From Bacteroidota bacterium (GTDB lineage: Bacteria; Bacteroidota; Bacteroidia; Flavobacteriales_D; Crocinitomicaceae), in NCBI GenBank assembly GCA_041168645.1, contig JBEEKM010000002.1:4871-68870 (forward strand): a stretch of 64,000 bases of DNA, read 5' to 3'. Shown here piece by piece: positions 1 to 9,585 of the stretch (position 1 is the stretch's first letter; every line of letters begins with the position of its first letter). The notes beneath the pieces are model-generated. The model saw only the letters and a program-made list of their open reading frames with translations. It was not told where the DNA came from and made no database searches. The position numbers and the translations under genes are program-made.

Positions 1-2
1 TC

Positions 3-293
3 GGAACCGTTGGTCAACTCCAGTTTGAAGTCATCAATTACCGCCTCATTCATGAATATGGTGCCAATTGTCGTTTCGTCCCAAGAAACTACTACAAAGC
101 CTGCTGGATCACCACCGACAACGACGAGCAATTGGCTTCATTCAAACGCGCGAAAGGATCATATTTGGCCCTCGACAAAGATGAAAACCTCGTATTTTTA
201 GCAGAGACACCTTTCTTGCTGCAAATGGCCGAACAAGATTACCCTGACCTCAAATTCCATCAAACTTCAGCCTTTAAGCTAGAGCAGGTCTAA
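3..293 (+). CDS. prfC: peptide chain release factor 3 (RF3), C-terminal ~96 codons; the 5' end lies outside the window
   Basis: Frame 3 is open from the window edge to TAA at 291-293. It translates GTVGQLQFEVINYRLIHEYGANCRF...FKRAKGSYLALDKDENLVFLAETPFLLQMAEQDYPDLKFHQTSAF, the conserved RF3 C-terminal pattern (LQFEV..RL..EY, LALD..NL, YPD..FHQT). It is absent from the ORF track because it has no start codon in the window. Confidence 0.85.
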   Translation, partial: GTVGQLQFEVINYRLIHEYGANCRFVPRNYYKACWITTDNDEQLASFKRAKGSYLALDKDENLVFLAETPFLLQMAEQDYPDLKFHQTSAFKLEQV

Positions 294-322
294 ATTCTTG
301 ATGTAAATCAATGGCCAAAAGC

Positions 323-330
323 TAATTTTG
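323..330 (+). promoter_or_regulatory. candidate Bacteroidota -7 promoter box (TAnnTTTG)
   Basis: TAATTTTG lies 25 nt upstream of ATG 356, with a TTG at 298-300 as a possible -33 element. Confidence 0.4.
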
Positions 331-355
331 AAATACTTTAGTCAAAAATTAGCAC

Positions 356-1483
356 ATGAGCTCAAAACTTGAACGCCGATCATTTCTTTCTAGACTTGGC
401 CTAGGGCTAGGTGGTGCTTTATTCATTCCCTTCAATCAATGGGGAAAAACCAAAACACAAGAAATGCCACAACTCATTCAAAAAATCAGACCACTGGGTT
501 TTCAATGGGAAACCCTCGATCCATTTTTATTCTGTGTTCACCACGAGGATTACTTTCCGAAGGGCAATGCTCAGTTGGGTCCTGACCCAAAGCATTTTGA
601 AGGCCGACACATGGGCCAAGATTTCATCGTGAAAGATGGTTTTAGAATGTATCATGGCTCAACAGTGCCTGGTTTCCCGGGGCATCCTCACCGTGGTTTT
701 GAAACCATCACGGTTGTAAGAACCGGTTTGGTTGACCACGCCGACAGCATGGGTGCAGCAGGCCGTTACGGAAATGGTGATGTCCAATGGATGACTGCAG
801 GTAAAGGGGTACAGCACGCTGAAATGTTTCCGTTGCTCAATCAAGACAAAGAAAATCCTTTAGAGCTTTTTCAAATCTGGCTTAACTTGCCAAAGCGCAG
901 TAAAATGGTCGAGCCTCATTTTAAAATGTTGTGGGCTGAAACGGTTCCAAAGTTTAGTGTGGCAGCCAATGGCAAAACAGCAAATATTGAAGTCCTGGTA
1001 GGTCAACTTGGTACTCACAAGGCCGCAGTAACACCACCAAATTCTTGGGCTGCAGATACCAATAATCACGTTGCTATTTACAACATTCAATTAGAACCCG
1101 GCGCAACCTTTGAGCTTCCGGCAACAGCTGTGGGTGTCAATCGCAGTATATATTACTATGAAGGTAATGGCCTGAAAGTAGGAAATCAAGAAATAGCGCA
1201 CTATCATGCTGCCGATGTCGATGCGAGTCAAACTTGCCATTTAGTCAACGGTTCAGAAGCTTCAAAAGTGCTTGTATTGCAAGGCCGTCCAATCAACGAA
1301 CCCGTTGTGCAACATGGGCCTTTTGTCATGAACTCGAAAGAAGAGATCTATCAAGCCTTCCAAGACTACCAACAAACCCAATTTGGTGGTTGGCCATGGG
1401 GTCGCTATGATCAAGTCCATGACCCGAAGCTTGGTCGCTTCGCCAAGCACGCCGATGGTCGGGTAGAGGAGCCAAAGGGGTAG
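356..1483 (+). CDS. pirin-family bicupin protein with an N-terminal twin-arginine (Tat) signal
   Basis: The pirin metal-binding block HPHRGFETITVV...VQWMTAGKGVQHAEMF is present. The N-terminus MSSKLERRSFLSRLGLGLGGALF fits the S/T-R-R-x-F-L Tat consensus. Confidence 0.85.
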   Translation: MSSKLERRSFLSRLGLGLGGALFIPFNQWGKTKTQEMPQLIQKIRPLGFQWETLDPFLFCVHHEDYFPKGNAQLGPDPKHFEGRHMGQDFIVKDGFRMYHGSTVPGFPGHPHRGFETITVVRTGLVDHADSMGAAGRYGNGDVQWMTAGKGVQHAEMFPLLNQDKENPLELFQIWLNLPKRSKMVEPHFKMLWAETVPKFSVAANGKTANIEVLVGQLGTHKAAVTPPNSWAADTNNHVAIYNIQLEPGATFELPATAVGVNRSIYYYEGNGLKVGNQEIAHYHAADVDASQTCHLVNGSEASKVLVLQGRPINEPVVQHGPFVMNSKEEIYQAFQDYQQTQFGGWPWGRYDQVHDPKLGRFAKHADGRVEEPKG

Positions 1484-1489
1484 ACATTG

Positions 1490-2329
1490 TTATGAACGCT
1501 GCTTTCTAAAAACAGAAGGCGTGGCTTTCATTTTTTTTAAAAAGACCCGATTGAAATAGCTCAAGGAATCAAATCCGCAGTCGTGGGCAATTTTAAGGAT
1601 CTTATCCTCGGTAGCTAACAATAAGTGACAGGCTTCATTGACGCGCAGCTCATTTAAATAATCTGAAAAGGTGGCGCCAGTGGCTTTTTTGAAAAACTTG
1701 CAAAAATTACTTTCCGACATATGAACGAGTTCAGCAATTTGCGTAAGTGTGATAGGTTCTGCAAAATGCTTTTGTAAATGCGTGCAAACTTTATTGACAC
1801 GGAGCTCAAAGGTTTTTGAACTCATGTTGTGAAATTCAGTGCTAGCGAGTGTTGTGTATTTTTTTGAAGTCAAAATATTCAGAATCCTTAGTAAGTCCAG
1901 TACACTTTCTAATGCTTGGCTTTCTACCATATTCCTGAGAGCTAAAACTAGCTCAGGATCTACTTCAAAATGCAGTCCTTTTTTTGCAGCAACAAGCAAG
2001 GCTTCAATTGGTTTTGTTTCATTGAGCGTTAAAAAGTTGGCAATGAATGCTTTAGAAAATTGAATGACAATGGCCTCAGAAGGAGAGGAATCTTCTGCTT
2101 TGCTGTGCCAAGTATGAGGCAGGTTGCTGCCCAACAAAACAAGATCTCCAGCAGCGAAAGGCTCATGAGAGTTTCCAACTATCCGATAGCCATTCCCTTT
2201 AACAATATATGTCAATTCATATTCAGGATGGTAATGCCACTTGAACTCAAACGAGGCTACTATGAGTCTTGCTTTATAAAAACTAGCGCCTCCCTGTTTG
2301 GAAGGGATATCTTCTAAAAATGCTTTCAT
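1490..2329 (-). CDS. AraC-family transcriptional regulator (N-terminal cupin sensor plus C-terminal HTH)
   Basis: The N-terminus has a cupin-like HYHPEYELTYIVKGNG...LPHTW block. The C-terminus LTQIAELVHMSESNFCKFFKK...DCGFDSLSYFNRVFKK is a typical AraC double HTH. Confidence 0.9.
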   Translation of the reverse strand: MKAFLEDIPSKQGGASFYKARLIVASFEFKWHYHPEYELTYIVKGNGYRIVGNSHEPFAAGDLVLLGSNLPHTWHSKAEDSSPSEAIVIQFSKAFIANFLTLNETKPIEALLVAAKKGLHFEVDPELVLALRNMVESQALESVLDLLRILNILTSKKYTTLASTEFHNMSSKTFELRVNKVCTHLQKHFAEPITLTQIAELVHMSESNFCKFFKKATGATFSDYLNELRVNEACHLLLATEDKILKIAHDCGFDSLSYFNRVFLKKMKATPSVFRKQRS

Positions 2330-2428
2330 GGTATTTTATAAACCTATGCGAAGCTATAAATTTAAAAAGAATTCAATATAGTATTAGTATTCAATAAAAT
2401 ATGATCAATCACTTTTAGAATGAAAGCC

Positions 2429-2436
2429 TATTTTTG
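2429..2436 (+). promoter_or_regulatory. candidate -7 promoter box (TAnnTTTG) for the dioxygenase/GH92/GH13 operon
   Basis: TATTTTTG sits in the 126-bp AT-rich divergent intergenic region, 19 nt upstream of TTG 2456 and 40 nt upstream of ATG 2477. Confidence 0.4.
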
Positions 2437-2455
2437 ATTTTTAATTGCATTTCAG

Positions 2456-3304
2456 TTGCCTACTAATTACCACAACATGATCAACTTACCAGTTCATATC
2501 GAAGCCGAGCTGAATAAACCTTATGACCTGACTTCAGCACAAATTGCTTTTTATAAAAAGCATCAGTTCATCAAGCTTAAACAAGTCCTATCTGAGGAAG
2601 CGCTTCAATATTTCAATGACGTTATTTCAGAGCAAGTAGCGTTGATGAATAAAGAAGATCGCGCCTTGGAAGAGCGCAGCACCTACGGAAAGGCATTTTT
2701 ACAGCTTTTTAATCTATGGAGAGAACATGCGCTGGTGAAAGAATTGGTTTTTAGTAAACGCATTGCGCAAATTGCATCAGATTTGATGGAAGTTAACGGC
2801 GTGCGCTTGTATCATGATCAAGCCTTGTTTAAAGAGGGTGGGGGCGGCATCACACCTTGGCATGCCGATCAATATTATTGGCCATTAGCCACAGATAAAA
2901 CAGTTACGGCCTGGATTCCTTTACAAGCCACTCCAATAGAAATGGGCCCCTTAGAATTTAGTGCCGGAAGTCATGCGATTGTGGAAGGCCGTGAATTAGA
3001 AATTGGCGACGAAAGTGAAGCCCTGATTCAAAAAAAATTGCGTGTAACTGATTTTGAGCACGTCAATGAGCCTTTTGATGTTGGTGAGATTAGTTTTCAT
3101 TCGGGTTGGATCTTCCACAGAGCAGGAGCAAACAGCACCCAAGACATGAGAAAAGTCATGACCATCATTTATATGGACAAAGACATGCTACTGAAGGCCC
3201 CAGAAAACGCCAATCAAGAAAACGATTGGCACACTTGGTGCCCAGGCGCAACTATAGGGGATGTGATTGACACCCCTTTGAATCCGGTACTTTATTCGAA
3301 ATAA
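2456..3304 (+). CDS. phytanoyl-CoA dioxygenase (PhyH)-family Fe(II)/2-oxoglutarate oxygenase
   Basis: The WHADQYYWPL (HxD) ... TAWIPL ... GPLEFSAGSH ... FHSGWIFHRAG pattern is typical of the PhyH family. The start is uncertain: TTG at 2456 or ATG at 2477 (MINLPVH). Confidence 0.8.
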   Translation: MPTNYHNMINLPVHIEAELNKPYDLTSAQIAFYKKHQFIKLKQVLSEEALQYFNDVISEQVALMNKEDRALEERSTYGKAFLQLFNLWREHALVKELVFSKRIAQIASDLMEVNGVRLYHDQALFKEGGGGITPWHADQYYWPLATDKTVTAWIPLQATPIEMGPLEFSAGSHAIVEGRELEIGDESEALIQKKLRVTDFEHVNEPFDVGEISFHSGWIFHRAGANSTQDMRKVMTIIYMDKDMLLKAPENANQENDWHTWCPGATIGDVIDTPLNPVLYSK

Positions 3305-3306
3305 AT

Positions 3307-4155
3307 ATGCAGCTCAAGTATTTGTGTACTTTTTGGGGCAGTGAAACGCTCAACGCCACGGATTTCTTAAATAAAGTGCTCGAGGAGGACTATGATGGTG
3401 TAGAAATCAATTTCCCGGATGATCCTGTTTTTATAGAAGCATTCCTAAAGCGCATCGAAGAAATTAGGTCAACAAGCCACCCAGACTTCGTTTTTATTGC
3501 GCAGCAAGTTTTGGATCCGCAACAAGAAACAGTAGCCCAATATCAAGAACGCCTCCTCAAACGCCTTGAATTTTTAATAGGGCTTCAACCCGACGCCATC
3601 AATTCGCATACAGGTAAAGATTTTTTTGATTTTTCTTCAAACCTTGCCATCTTGCAGGCAACAGAAAATTTGGCAAAAGAAAGCGGCATTCCAATTTGGC
3701 ATGAAATACATCGCGGGCGTTTTTCTTTTCATCTAAAGACCTTATTGAGTTACCTAGAGGCGCTTCCTGAGCTCAAGCTGATTGCTGACTTTTCTCACTT
3801 TTGTGTGGTTTCAGAAAGTACCTTGCAAGATCAACAGGACTTGCTCTCGCAAATTTATCCGCACATTGTTCATATCCATGCCAGAGTAGGTTCAGCGCAA
3901 GCTGCTCAGGTCACGCATCCTTTTGCGCCCGAATGGAACACACATTTAAATACTTACTTTGCTTGGTGGCAAGAAATCATTGACCTTCAAAGCAAAACTA
4001 AAAAATCATTTTTCACGATTACACCTGAGTTTGGACCTGTCCCATACATGCCTTGCGCGCCATTTACTTTAGAACCAACCGCAGATCAACAGCAAATCAA
4101 TTTGGAAATGAAAGCCTATTTACAAGCAAATCTAAAACCTCATGCGTTTAACTAA
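3307..4155 (+). CDS. sugar phosphate isomerase/epimerase-like (xylose-isomerase-like TIM barrel) protein
   Basis: It is 282 aa and starts 2 nt after the preceding gene. The YDGVEINFP ... HTGKDFF ... IWHEIHRG ... DFSHF ... IHARVG pattern resembles the AP-endonuclease-2/xylose-isomerase-like TIM barrel. Assignment is by pattern only. Confidence 0.55.
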   Translation: MQLKYLCTFWGSETLNATDFLNKVLEEDYDGVEINFPDDPVFIEAFLKRIEEIRSTSHPDFVFIAQQVLDPQQETVAQYQERLLKRLEFLIGLQPDAINSHTGKDFFDFSSNLAILQATENLAKESGIPIWHEIHRGRFSFHLKTLLSYLEALPELKLIADFSHFCVVSESTLQDQQDLLSQIYPHIVHIHARVGSAQAAQVTHPFAPEWNTHLNTYFAWWQEIIDLQSKTKKSFFTITPEFGPVPYMPCAPFTLEPTADQQQINLEMKAYLQANLKPHAFN

Positions 4156-6316
4156 GCAACTGATCTACGGCTTTATTTGTTTGCTGTTTCCATTGACGGC
4201 CATCAAGGCACAACAGCACAGCCGCTTTGTCAAGCCTTTTATCGGAACTGATGGCACAGGCCATACCTTTCCTGGGCCCTCTATGCCTTTTGGGATGGTG
4301 CAGCCAGGCCCTGATAACCGCGATTACGGCTGGAATCATACGAGTGGCTACCAGTTTCAAGATACTTTTCTAATGGGGTTTTCGCAGACGCGTTTCAGTG
4401 GAACCGGCATCAATGAAATGGGCGATGTCTTGCTCTTGCCCATCAACCCGAAAAAAGAACAAGGTAAAAATGGCTACGATAAAACAACAGAAGCAGCCAG
4501 GGTGGGCTATTATTCGGTCACGAAAAACGATGGTGTTAAGGTTGAATTGACCAGCACCCAGCGCGTTGCGTTTCATCAATATACCTTCCCAGAGAACGCC
4601 GCTCAAGTTTTGGTGGATTTACAGCACGGCTTGCGTTTTGTCTTCGATCCAAACGATGCCAAAGCACTGGTCATAGAAAGCAGTGTAAAAATTGAAAATG
4701 ACCATACCATTTCCGGCTATTGTTCAACTGATAATTGGGTCAAGCGCAAGTATTTTTTCACGCTTACTTTTGATCAACCCTTCATCAGTTCAAAAGAACT
4801 ATTGAAAAAAGACAATGAAAAGGCGCCAAGGTTTCTTTTGGACTTTCAGTTGGCTGATTCAAAGGTACTGAAGGTTAAAATCGCGCTTTCATCGGTTGAT
4901 GTAGCAGGCGCTCAACAGAATATGGAAGCCGAATTGAATCACTGGGATTTCAATCGTGTGACCATTCAAAATCAAGCAGAATGGGATCACTACCTGAATC
5001 GTGTCGATATTCAAGCACCTCGCAAAAAGAAAGAACTGTTTTATACCTCGCTCTATCATTTGCTGTTGCAGCCCTCCAATATTGCAGATGTAGATGGTCG
5101 TTATCGCAATGCGAATGACAGCATTCGCTTAGCGCCAAATAAAGCCTATTATTCTACGCTATCAATTTGGGATATTTATCGTGGGGCTTTTCCCTTACTA
5201 CAAATCATTGCTCCGGAAAAGATAGATGGCATTGTTCAATCAATGCTTTTACATCACCAAGCAAAAGGGTTTTTGCCGATCTGGACCGCTTGGGGGCAAG
5301 ACAACTATTGCATGATTGGCAACCACGCCATACCCATGATTTTGTCAGCTTATCAAAATGGCTTTATTGGATTTGATGCCAATGCCGCTCTGGAAGCCAT
5401 GCTGGAAACAAGCACCAAAAGTCATATCAATTCGAATTGGGAGCTATACAATCAATATGGTTATTATCCTTTTGATCAATTAGACAATGAGTCGGTATCC
5501 AGAACGCTTGAAAGTGGCTACGACGATTGGTGTGTGGCTGAAATGGCAAGGAAACTTGGAAGGTCCGATGTTTATTTGACATTTGAAAAAAGAGCCAAGT
5601 ACTACCAAAATTTATATGATCCAGCAACGACATTTTTTAGAGGGAAAAATACGAGCGGCCAATTCCGGACACCTTTTGACCCGCTGATGGCCACCTCGCC
5701 GCTAAATAACCCTGGCGATTACACCGAAGCCAATGCTTGGCAGTACTTCTGGACACCCGCACAATACGATATTGCTGGTCTGAAGCACATACTAGGAGGA
5801 GAAGCAAACTTTACGAAGAAACTAGATGCCTTTTTCACTACTGAAGCACTGCACGCAAATAAGTTTCTTGGGCAAGAAGCCATGATTGGGCAATATGCGC
5901 ATGGCAATGAACCAAGCCACCATATTCTTTATTTATATGCTTACACAAATCAGGCTAAAACAGGGCAAAAGTACATTCATCAGGTGGTTCAGGATTTTCA
6001 TAATAATACACCAGATGGCATGATTGGCAACGATGATTGCGGTCAAATGAGTGCTTGGTATATTTTGTCAACGCTCGGTTTCTATCCGGTAAATGCGGCA
6101 AGCGGAAATTTTGTTCTTGGAAGCCCGCAAGTAAGAAAAGCATGCATTCAACTAGGAGAAGATCAGCAATTCGTCATGAAAGCCGCTCATTTTTCTAAGC
6201 GTAATATTTACAATGAGCAGCCTACCTTGAATCAAAAGGCCTTATCAACACCTGAGTTTAACTATACGGAAATCATGAAGGGCGGCGTCTTGAAATTTAA
6301 CATGACAGCACACTAA
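4142..6316 (+). CDS. glycoside hydrolase family 92 (alpha-mannosidase), secreted
   Basis: The GH92 N-terminal signature VKPFIGTDGTGHTFPGPSMPFGMVQPGPD is present, followed later by GNEPSHHILYLY and NDDCGQMSAWY. The signal peptide is MRLTKQLIYGFICLLFPLTAIKAQ. It overlaps the upstream gene by 14 nt. Confidence 0.9.
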   Translation: MRLTKQLIYGFICLLFPLTAIKAQQHSRFVKPFIGTDGTGHTFPGPSMPFGMVQPGPDNRDYGWNHTSGYQFQDTFLMGFSQTRFSGTGINEMGDVLLLPINPKKEQGKNGYDKTTEAARVGYYSVTKNDGVKVELTSTQRVAFHQYTFPENAAQVLVDLQHGLRFVFDPNDAKALVIESSVKIENDHTISGYCSTDNWVKRKYFFTLTFDQPFISSKELLKKDNEKAPRFLLDFQLADSKVLKVKIALSSVDVAGAQQNMEAELNHWDFNRVTIQNQAEWDHYLNRVDIQAPRKKKELFYTSLYHLLLQPSNIADVDGRYRNANDSIRLAPNKAYYSTLSIWDIYRGAFPLLQIIAPEKIDGIVQSMLLHHQAKGFLPIWTAWGQDNYCMIGNHAIPMILSAYQNGFIGFDANAALEAMLETSTKSHINSNWELYNQYGYYPFDQLDNESVSRTLESGYDDWCVAEMARKLGRSDVYLTFEKRAKYYQNLYDPATTFFRGKNTSGQFRTPFDPLMATSPLNNPGDYTEANAWQYFWTPAQYDIAGLKHILGGEANFTKKLDAFFTTEALHANKFLGQEAMIGQYAHGNEPSHHILYLYAYTNQAKTGQKYIHQVVQDFHNNTPDGMIGNDDCGQMSAWYILSTLGFYPVNAASGNFVLGSPQVRKACIQLGEDQQFVMKAAHFSKRNIYNEQPTLNQKALSTPEFNYTEIMKGGVLKFNMTAH

Positions 6317-6342
6317 TTCATTCAATTTAAGTAACTTCAATT

Positions 6343-7884
6343 ATGCAGCAAAAATTATTTTTCATCTGTTTGATGCTACTCGGAGGCACAGCCTGGACAC
6401 AAAAAACAAGCGCGACCCCAAGTGGTGAAATCATGTATCATGTTTGTCAAAGAAGTTTTTACGACAGCGATGGCGACCTACAAGGCGACCTCAATGGTTT
6501 GCGTCAAAAACTACCTTATTTGCAAGACTTAGGCGTGAGTTCTATTTTGCTATTTCCGCTCTATGAGTCGGATTGCTACCACAACTATTTTGCGAATAAT
6601 TTTGAAACCATTGACTCTGAATTTGGCAGCATGCAAGCCTACATTGAGCTTGTCCAAGAAATCCATCGTTTGGGTATGAAAGTTTACCTCGATATGGAAA
6701 CCCAATATGTCACCTCAAAGCACTTGTGGTGGCAAGATGCAGTGGGTAACCTCAATTCACCATACGCTGACTACCTTTTGTTCGATGATGCCGCACATCT
6801 GCAACCAGCTACCATGGTTTTTGACCTCCGATTTCTGAAGGGCTACGATGGGCAAATCATCAATGTAACCACTGTCAATTTAAAAAGCCCAAAAGTCTTG
6901 GATTACAACATTGCTTTGTTTTCCTACTTTTTGGATCCGAATAAAGACGGAAAATTTGATGACGGTGTGGATGGTTTCAGATTGGATCATGCCATGGATC
7001 ACCTCGACGGCAAACCAACACTCACCAACCTTTTTGCTGAATTTTGGAAACCTTTAATTGCTGCCGTTAAAAAGGCAAATCCGGCTGTCAAGATTGTTGC
7101 TGAACAAGCCGATTGGGCCGATTACGGTTTTGCTTATTTTGAGAAAGCAACGGTTGATCGCATGTTTGGATTTGGCTTACAAAAAGCAATACTTTCTTTT
7201 GACAAGCAGCAAATCATAGATAATGCTGAGGTGATCCTCAGACAAACACCAGCAGGCAAAGAGCAAGTCATCTTTATTGAGAATCACGACATCGACCGCT
7301 TTGCCTCCTTAGATTTTGAACTCGACAAACAGAAAGCAGCGGCCGCACTCATGCTGCTCATTGGAGGTGTGCCGTCCATCTATTATGGCCAAGAAATTGG
7401 TATGAAGGGCACTGCTTATGCTTTTGGAAATACAGACGGAAACGATATTGGCCGACGAGAGGCTTTCGATTGGTATGCGTCAGGAGTAGGGGAAGGACTG
7501 CCTTTTTGGTACAAAAACTCAGGCCCATGGTGGGACAACGCCAATCAGCAATCCAACGATGGCATCTCCCTCGAAGAACAAATCAAAGACCCCAACTCTT
7601 TGTATAATTTTTACAAAAGCACCATTGCGCTCAGAAAAAGTAGCGCTGCATTAGCGGTGGGCAGCTATGAACAGGCCGCAAATAATAATCCTGAAGTTTT
7701 TAGTTTTTTCCGCCAATACGGGAAGCAAAAAGTACTCGTAGCAGTCAACCTTTCGAATCAAGTGCAAACGGTAAGTTTTGATGCCAATATCAAAAAGGCA
7801 AAAGCACTCGATGCTAAAACGTCAAAATACGCCGAACAAATAAGCTTAGCACCGTTCCAGTTTATGGTGTGGGAGGTGGAGTAG
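6343..7884 (+). CDS. alpha-amylase family glycoside hydrolase (GH13), secreted
   Basis: GH13 conserved regions are visible: DGFRLDHAMD (region II), KIVAEQADW (region III) and FIENHDIDRF (region IV). A signal peptide is present. Confidence 0.85.
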   Translation: MQQKLFFICLMLLGGTAWTQKTSATPSGEIMYHVCQRSFYDSDGDLQGDLNGLRQKLPYLQDLGVSSILLFPLYESDCYHNYFANNFETIDSEFGSMQAYIELVQEIHRLGMKVYLDMETQYVTSKHLWWQDAVGNLNSPYADYLLFDDAAHLQPATMVFDLRFLKGYDGQIINVTTVNLKSPKVLDYNIALFSYFLDPNKDGKFDDGVDGFRLDHAMDHLDGKPTLTNLFAEFWKPLIAAVKKANPAVKIVAEQADWADYGFAYFEKATVDRMFGFGLQKAILSFDKQQIIDNAEVILRQTPAGKEQVIFIENHDIDRFASLDFELDKQKAAAALMLLIGGVPSIYYGQEIGMKGTAYAFGNTDGNDIGRREAFDWYASGVGEGLPFWYKNSGPWWDNANQQSNDGISLEEQIKDPNSLYNFYKSTIALRKSSAALAVGSYEQAANNNPEVFSFFRQYGKQKVLVAVNLSNQVQTVSFDANIKKAKALDAKTSKYAEQISLAPFQFMVWEVE

Positions 7885-7994
7885 ATCAAGCGGAAAAAGT
7901 ATTGGACCATCTAATTACTGCGCATAAAACTTTTAATGTTGTGGTTTGTTCATAGTAGTGTTAAGTTTTGTACTTTCCCCACAAATTCTACGTT

Positions 7995-9287
7995 ATGAAG
8001 ATCCTTTTTGTCCTCCTTTTTTGTTTTACCTACACCTTTTCTTTCTCTCAGTTGGGTAATACGATGTATGGTTTGGCACGCAACAATCCTAACGGTGTTT
8101 TTTTAGCCACAATGGATCCAGTTACTGGAATTGCAACCAATATTAGTCCGATATCGATTTCATCTGGTATAAATTTAACAGGAGCTGCCTTGAATCCTTA
8201 TACGAACCAATTTTGTTTTTTTGGCGACGGTGGTTTGAAATCCATTGATCTTACAACTGGACAGGTGACCAGCACAGCAGCAATAAACAACCCAAACGGA
8301 ACTGGCTACTTTGATCTTTTTAGATTCAACACCTCTGATTCACTGATGTACGGGTTGTCGCGCAGAAACATTCCAAATCCGCAAACTGGTGCCTTAATGG
8401 GTACCATGTATTTGGCAACAATTGATGCTAATACGGGGACCATCACAGAGATCTCACCAACATCAATTGGTCAAGGCTTTGCCTTTTCTGGAAGCGCCAT
8501 AGACCCACATCAAATGGTATTTTATTACTCAAATGGAGCGCAATTAGTAGGGCTTGATATGTACAACGGAAGTATTTTCTCGAACCCTACTTTAAGCTAT
8601 CCAAACGGAGGACAGTATTTCGATAATTTCACCTACAGCTGTGCCGATACTTCTTTGTATGGTTTGGTTCGCACGAACTATTATTCACAGTTCTATGACC
8701 CACAAACCATGATGACCACTCAAGTATTTGACTCTGCTGCTGTTCATCTTGGAAAAGTCAACCCAACTACAGGTGAGGTCACTAAAATCAGTACGCAATC
8801 TTTGGGTGTTGGCTCGTTTTCGATCAATGGTAGTTCAACCATAGACCCTGTCAATCTCATTTACTATTTTATCGGAGGATCAAGTTCAGGACTTGCAATA
8901 TATGGCGTTTCTTTACAAACAGGATTGGTAGTGAGTCAAGGAACAATGAGTAATGCTAACGCACAGTATTTTGACATGATGCGCATACAAAGCGATTGTT
9001 ATGAATCACAACCCATCAGATTTGCACCGTCTGCTTCCAATCAAGAACTCTTAGCAAATACTTTAGCGGTTCAGGCTTTCCCAAACCCATTCTCAGATGA
9101 ATTACACATTTCAGCTAAAACAGCGCTTCAAAAAATCGAATTGTATCATGCCAACGGGGCCTTACTATTCGAAATGGAGCTTTCAGGAAAAGAATTTACT
9201 CTAGACACGCATGCATTTGCTAACGGTGTATATTTCCTAAAGGCGAGCGGTTCCCAAGGGGTAAATTGTGTTAAGATTGTGAAGTAG
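7995..9287 (+). CDS. secreted protein of unknown function with a T9SS type-A C-terminal sorting domain
   Basis: The signal peptide is MKILFVLLFCFTYTFSFSQ. The C-terminal ~75 aa (FPNPFSDELHISAK...GVYFLKASGSQGVNCVKIVK) is a Por-secretion-tail pattern. I prefer the ATG at 7995 over the track's TTG at 7968. Confidence 0.75.
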   Translation: MKILFVLLFCFTYTFSFSQLGNTMYGLARNNPNGVFLATMDPVTGIATNISPISISSGINLTGAALNPYTNQFCFFGDGGLKSIDLTTGQVTSTAAINNPNGTGYFDLFRFNTSDSLMYGLSRRNIPNPQTGALMGTMYLATIDANTGTITEISPTSIGQGFAFSGSAIDPHQMVFYYSNGAQLVGLDMYNGSIFSNPTLSYPNGGQYFDNFTYSCADTSLYGLVRTNYYSQFYDPQTMMTTQVFDSAAVHLGKVNPTTGEVTKISTQSLGVGSFSINGSSTIDPVNLIYYFIGGSSSGLAIYGVSLQTGLVVSQGTMSNANAQYFDMMRIQSDCYESQPIRFAPSASNQELLANTLAVQAFPNPFSDELHISAKTALQKIELYHANGALLFEMELSGKEFTLDTHAFANGVYFLKASGSQGVNCVKIVK

Positions 9288-9550
9288 AAATTTAATCTAT
9301 CTTCTGAAAACTCCCTTTTACTGGGATTCGCGCGCTTTCATCGCGCGATCGGTTCTTCATCTTACAAGAAAAAGTCCTTTGCTGGGATTAAAGATCCCAT
9401 TGAATCGACGTGCAGTGGATAAAAGCATTCAATCGTTGCTTCTTATTGAATAAATGCTGCGCATTATATTTCATTTGGCCACTACAAATTAAAGCGAGCT
9501 TTATTTGTATTGACCTTCATTCCATTATTTCCTTCGGAAATTTATTCAAT

Positions 9551-9578
9551 AAAAAAAGCACCTACTTGAGGTGCTTTT
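9551..9578 (-). terminator. intrinsic terminator downstream of tRNA-Lys
   Basis: On the minus strand, AAAAGCACCTCAAGTAGGTGCTTTTTTT forms a 7-bp stem (AGCACCT/AGGTGCT) with a 5-nt loop and a T7 run, 8 nt after the tRNA 3' end. Confidence 0.8.
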
Positions 9579-9585
9579 ATCAGAG

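Noticed and set aside
10-201. Track ORF of 63 aa at the window start
   Set aside because: It is out of frame with the clearly recognisable prfC C-terminal reading frame (3-293) and shows low-complexity Ser/Thr/Pro-rich translation. I treat it as spurious.
9413-9421. DnaA-box-like 9-mer AGTGGATAA near the parAB region, raising the possibility of an origin
   Set aside because: It is a single box with one mismatch to TGTGGATAA, about 8 kb from parA. There is no cluster of boxes, no AT-rich unwinding element and no dnaA gene in the window.
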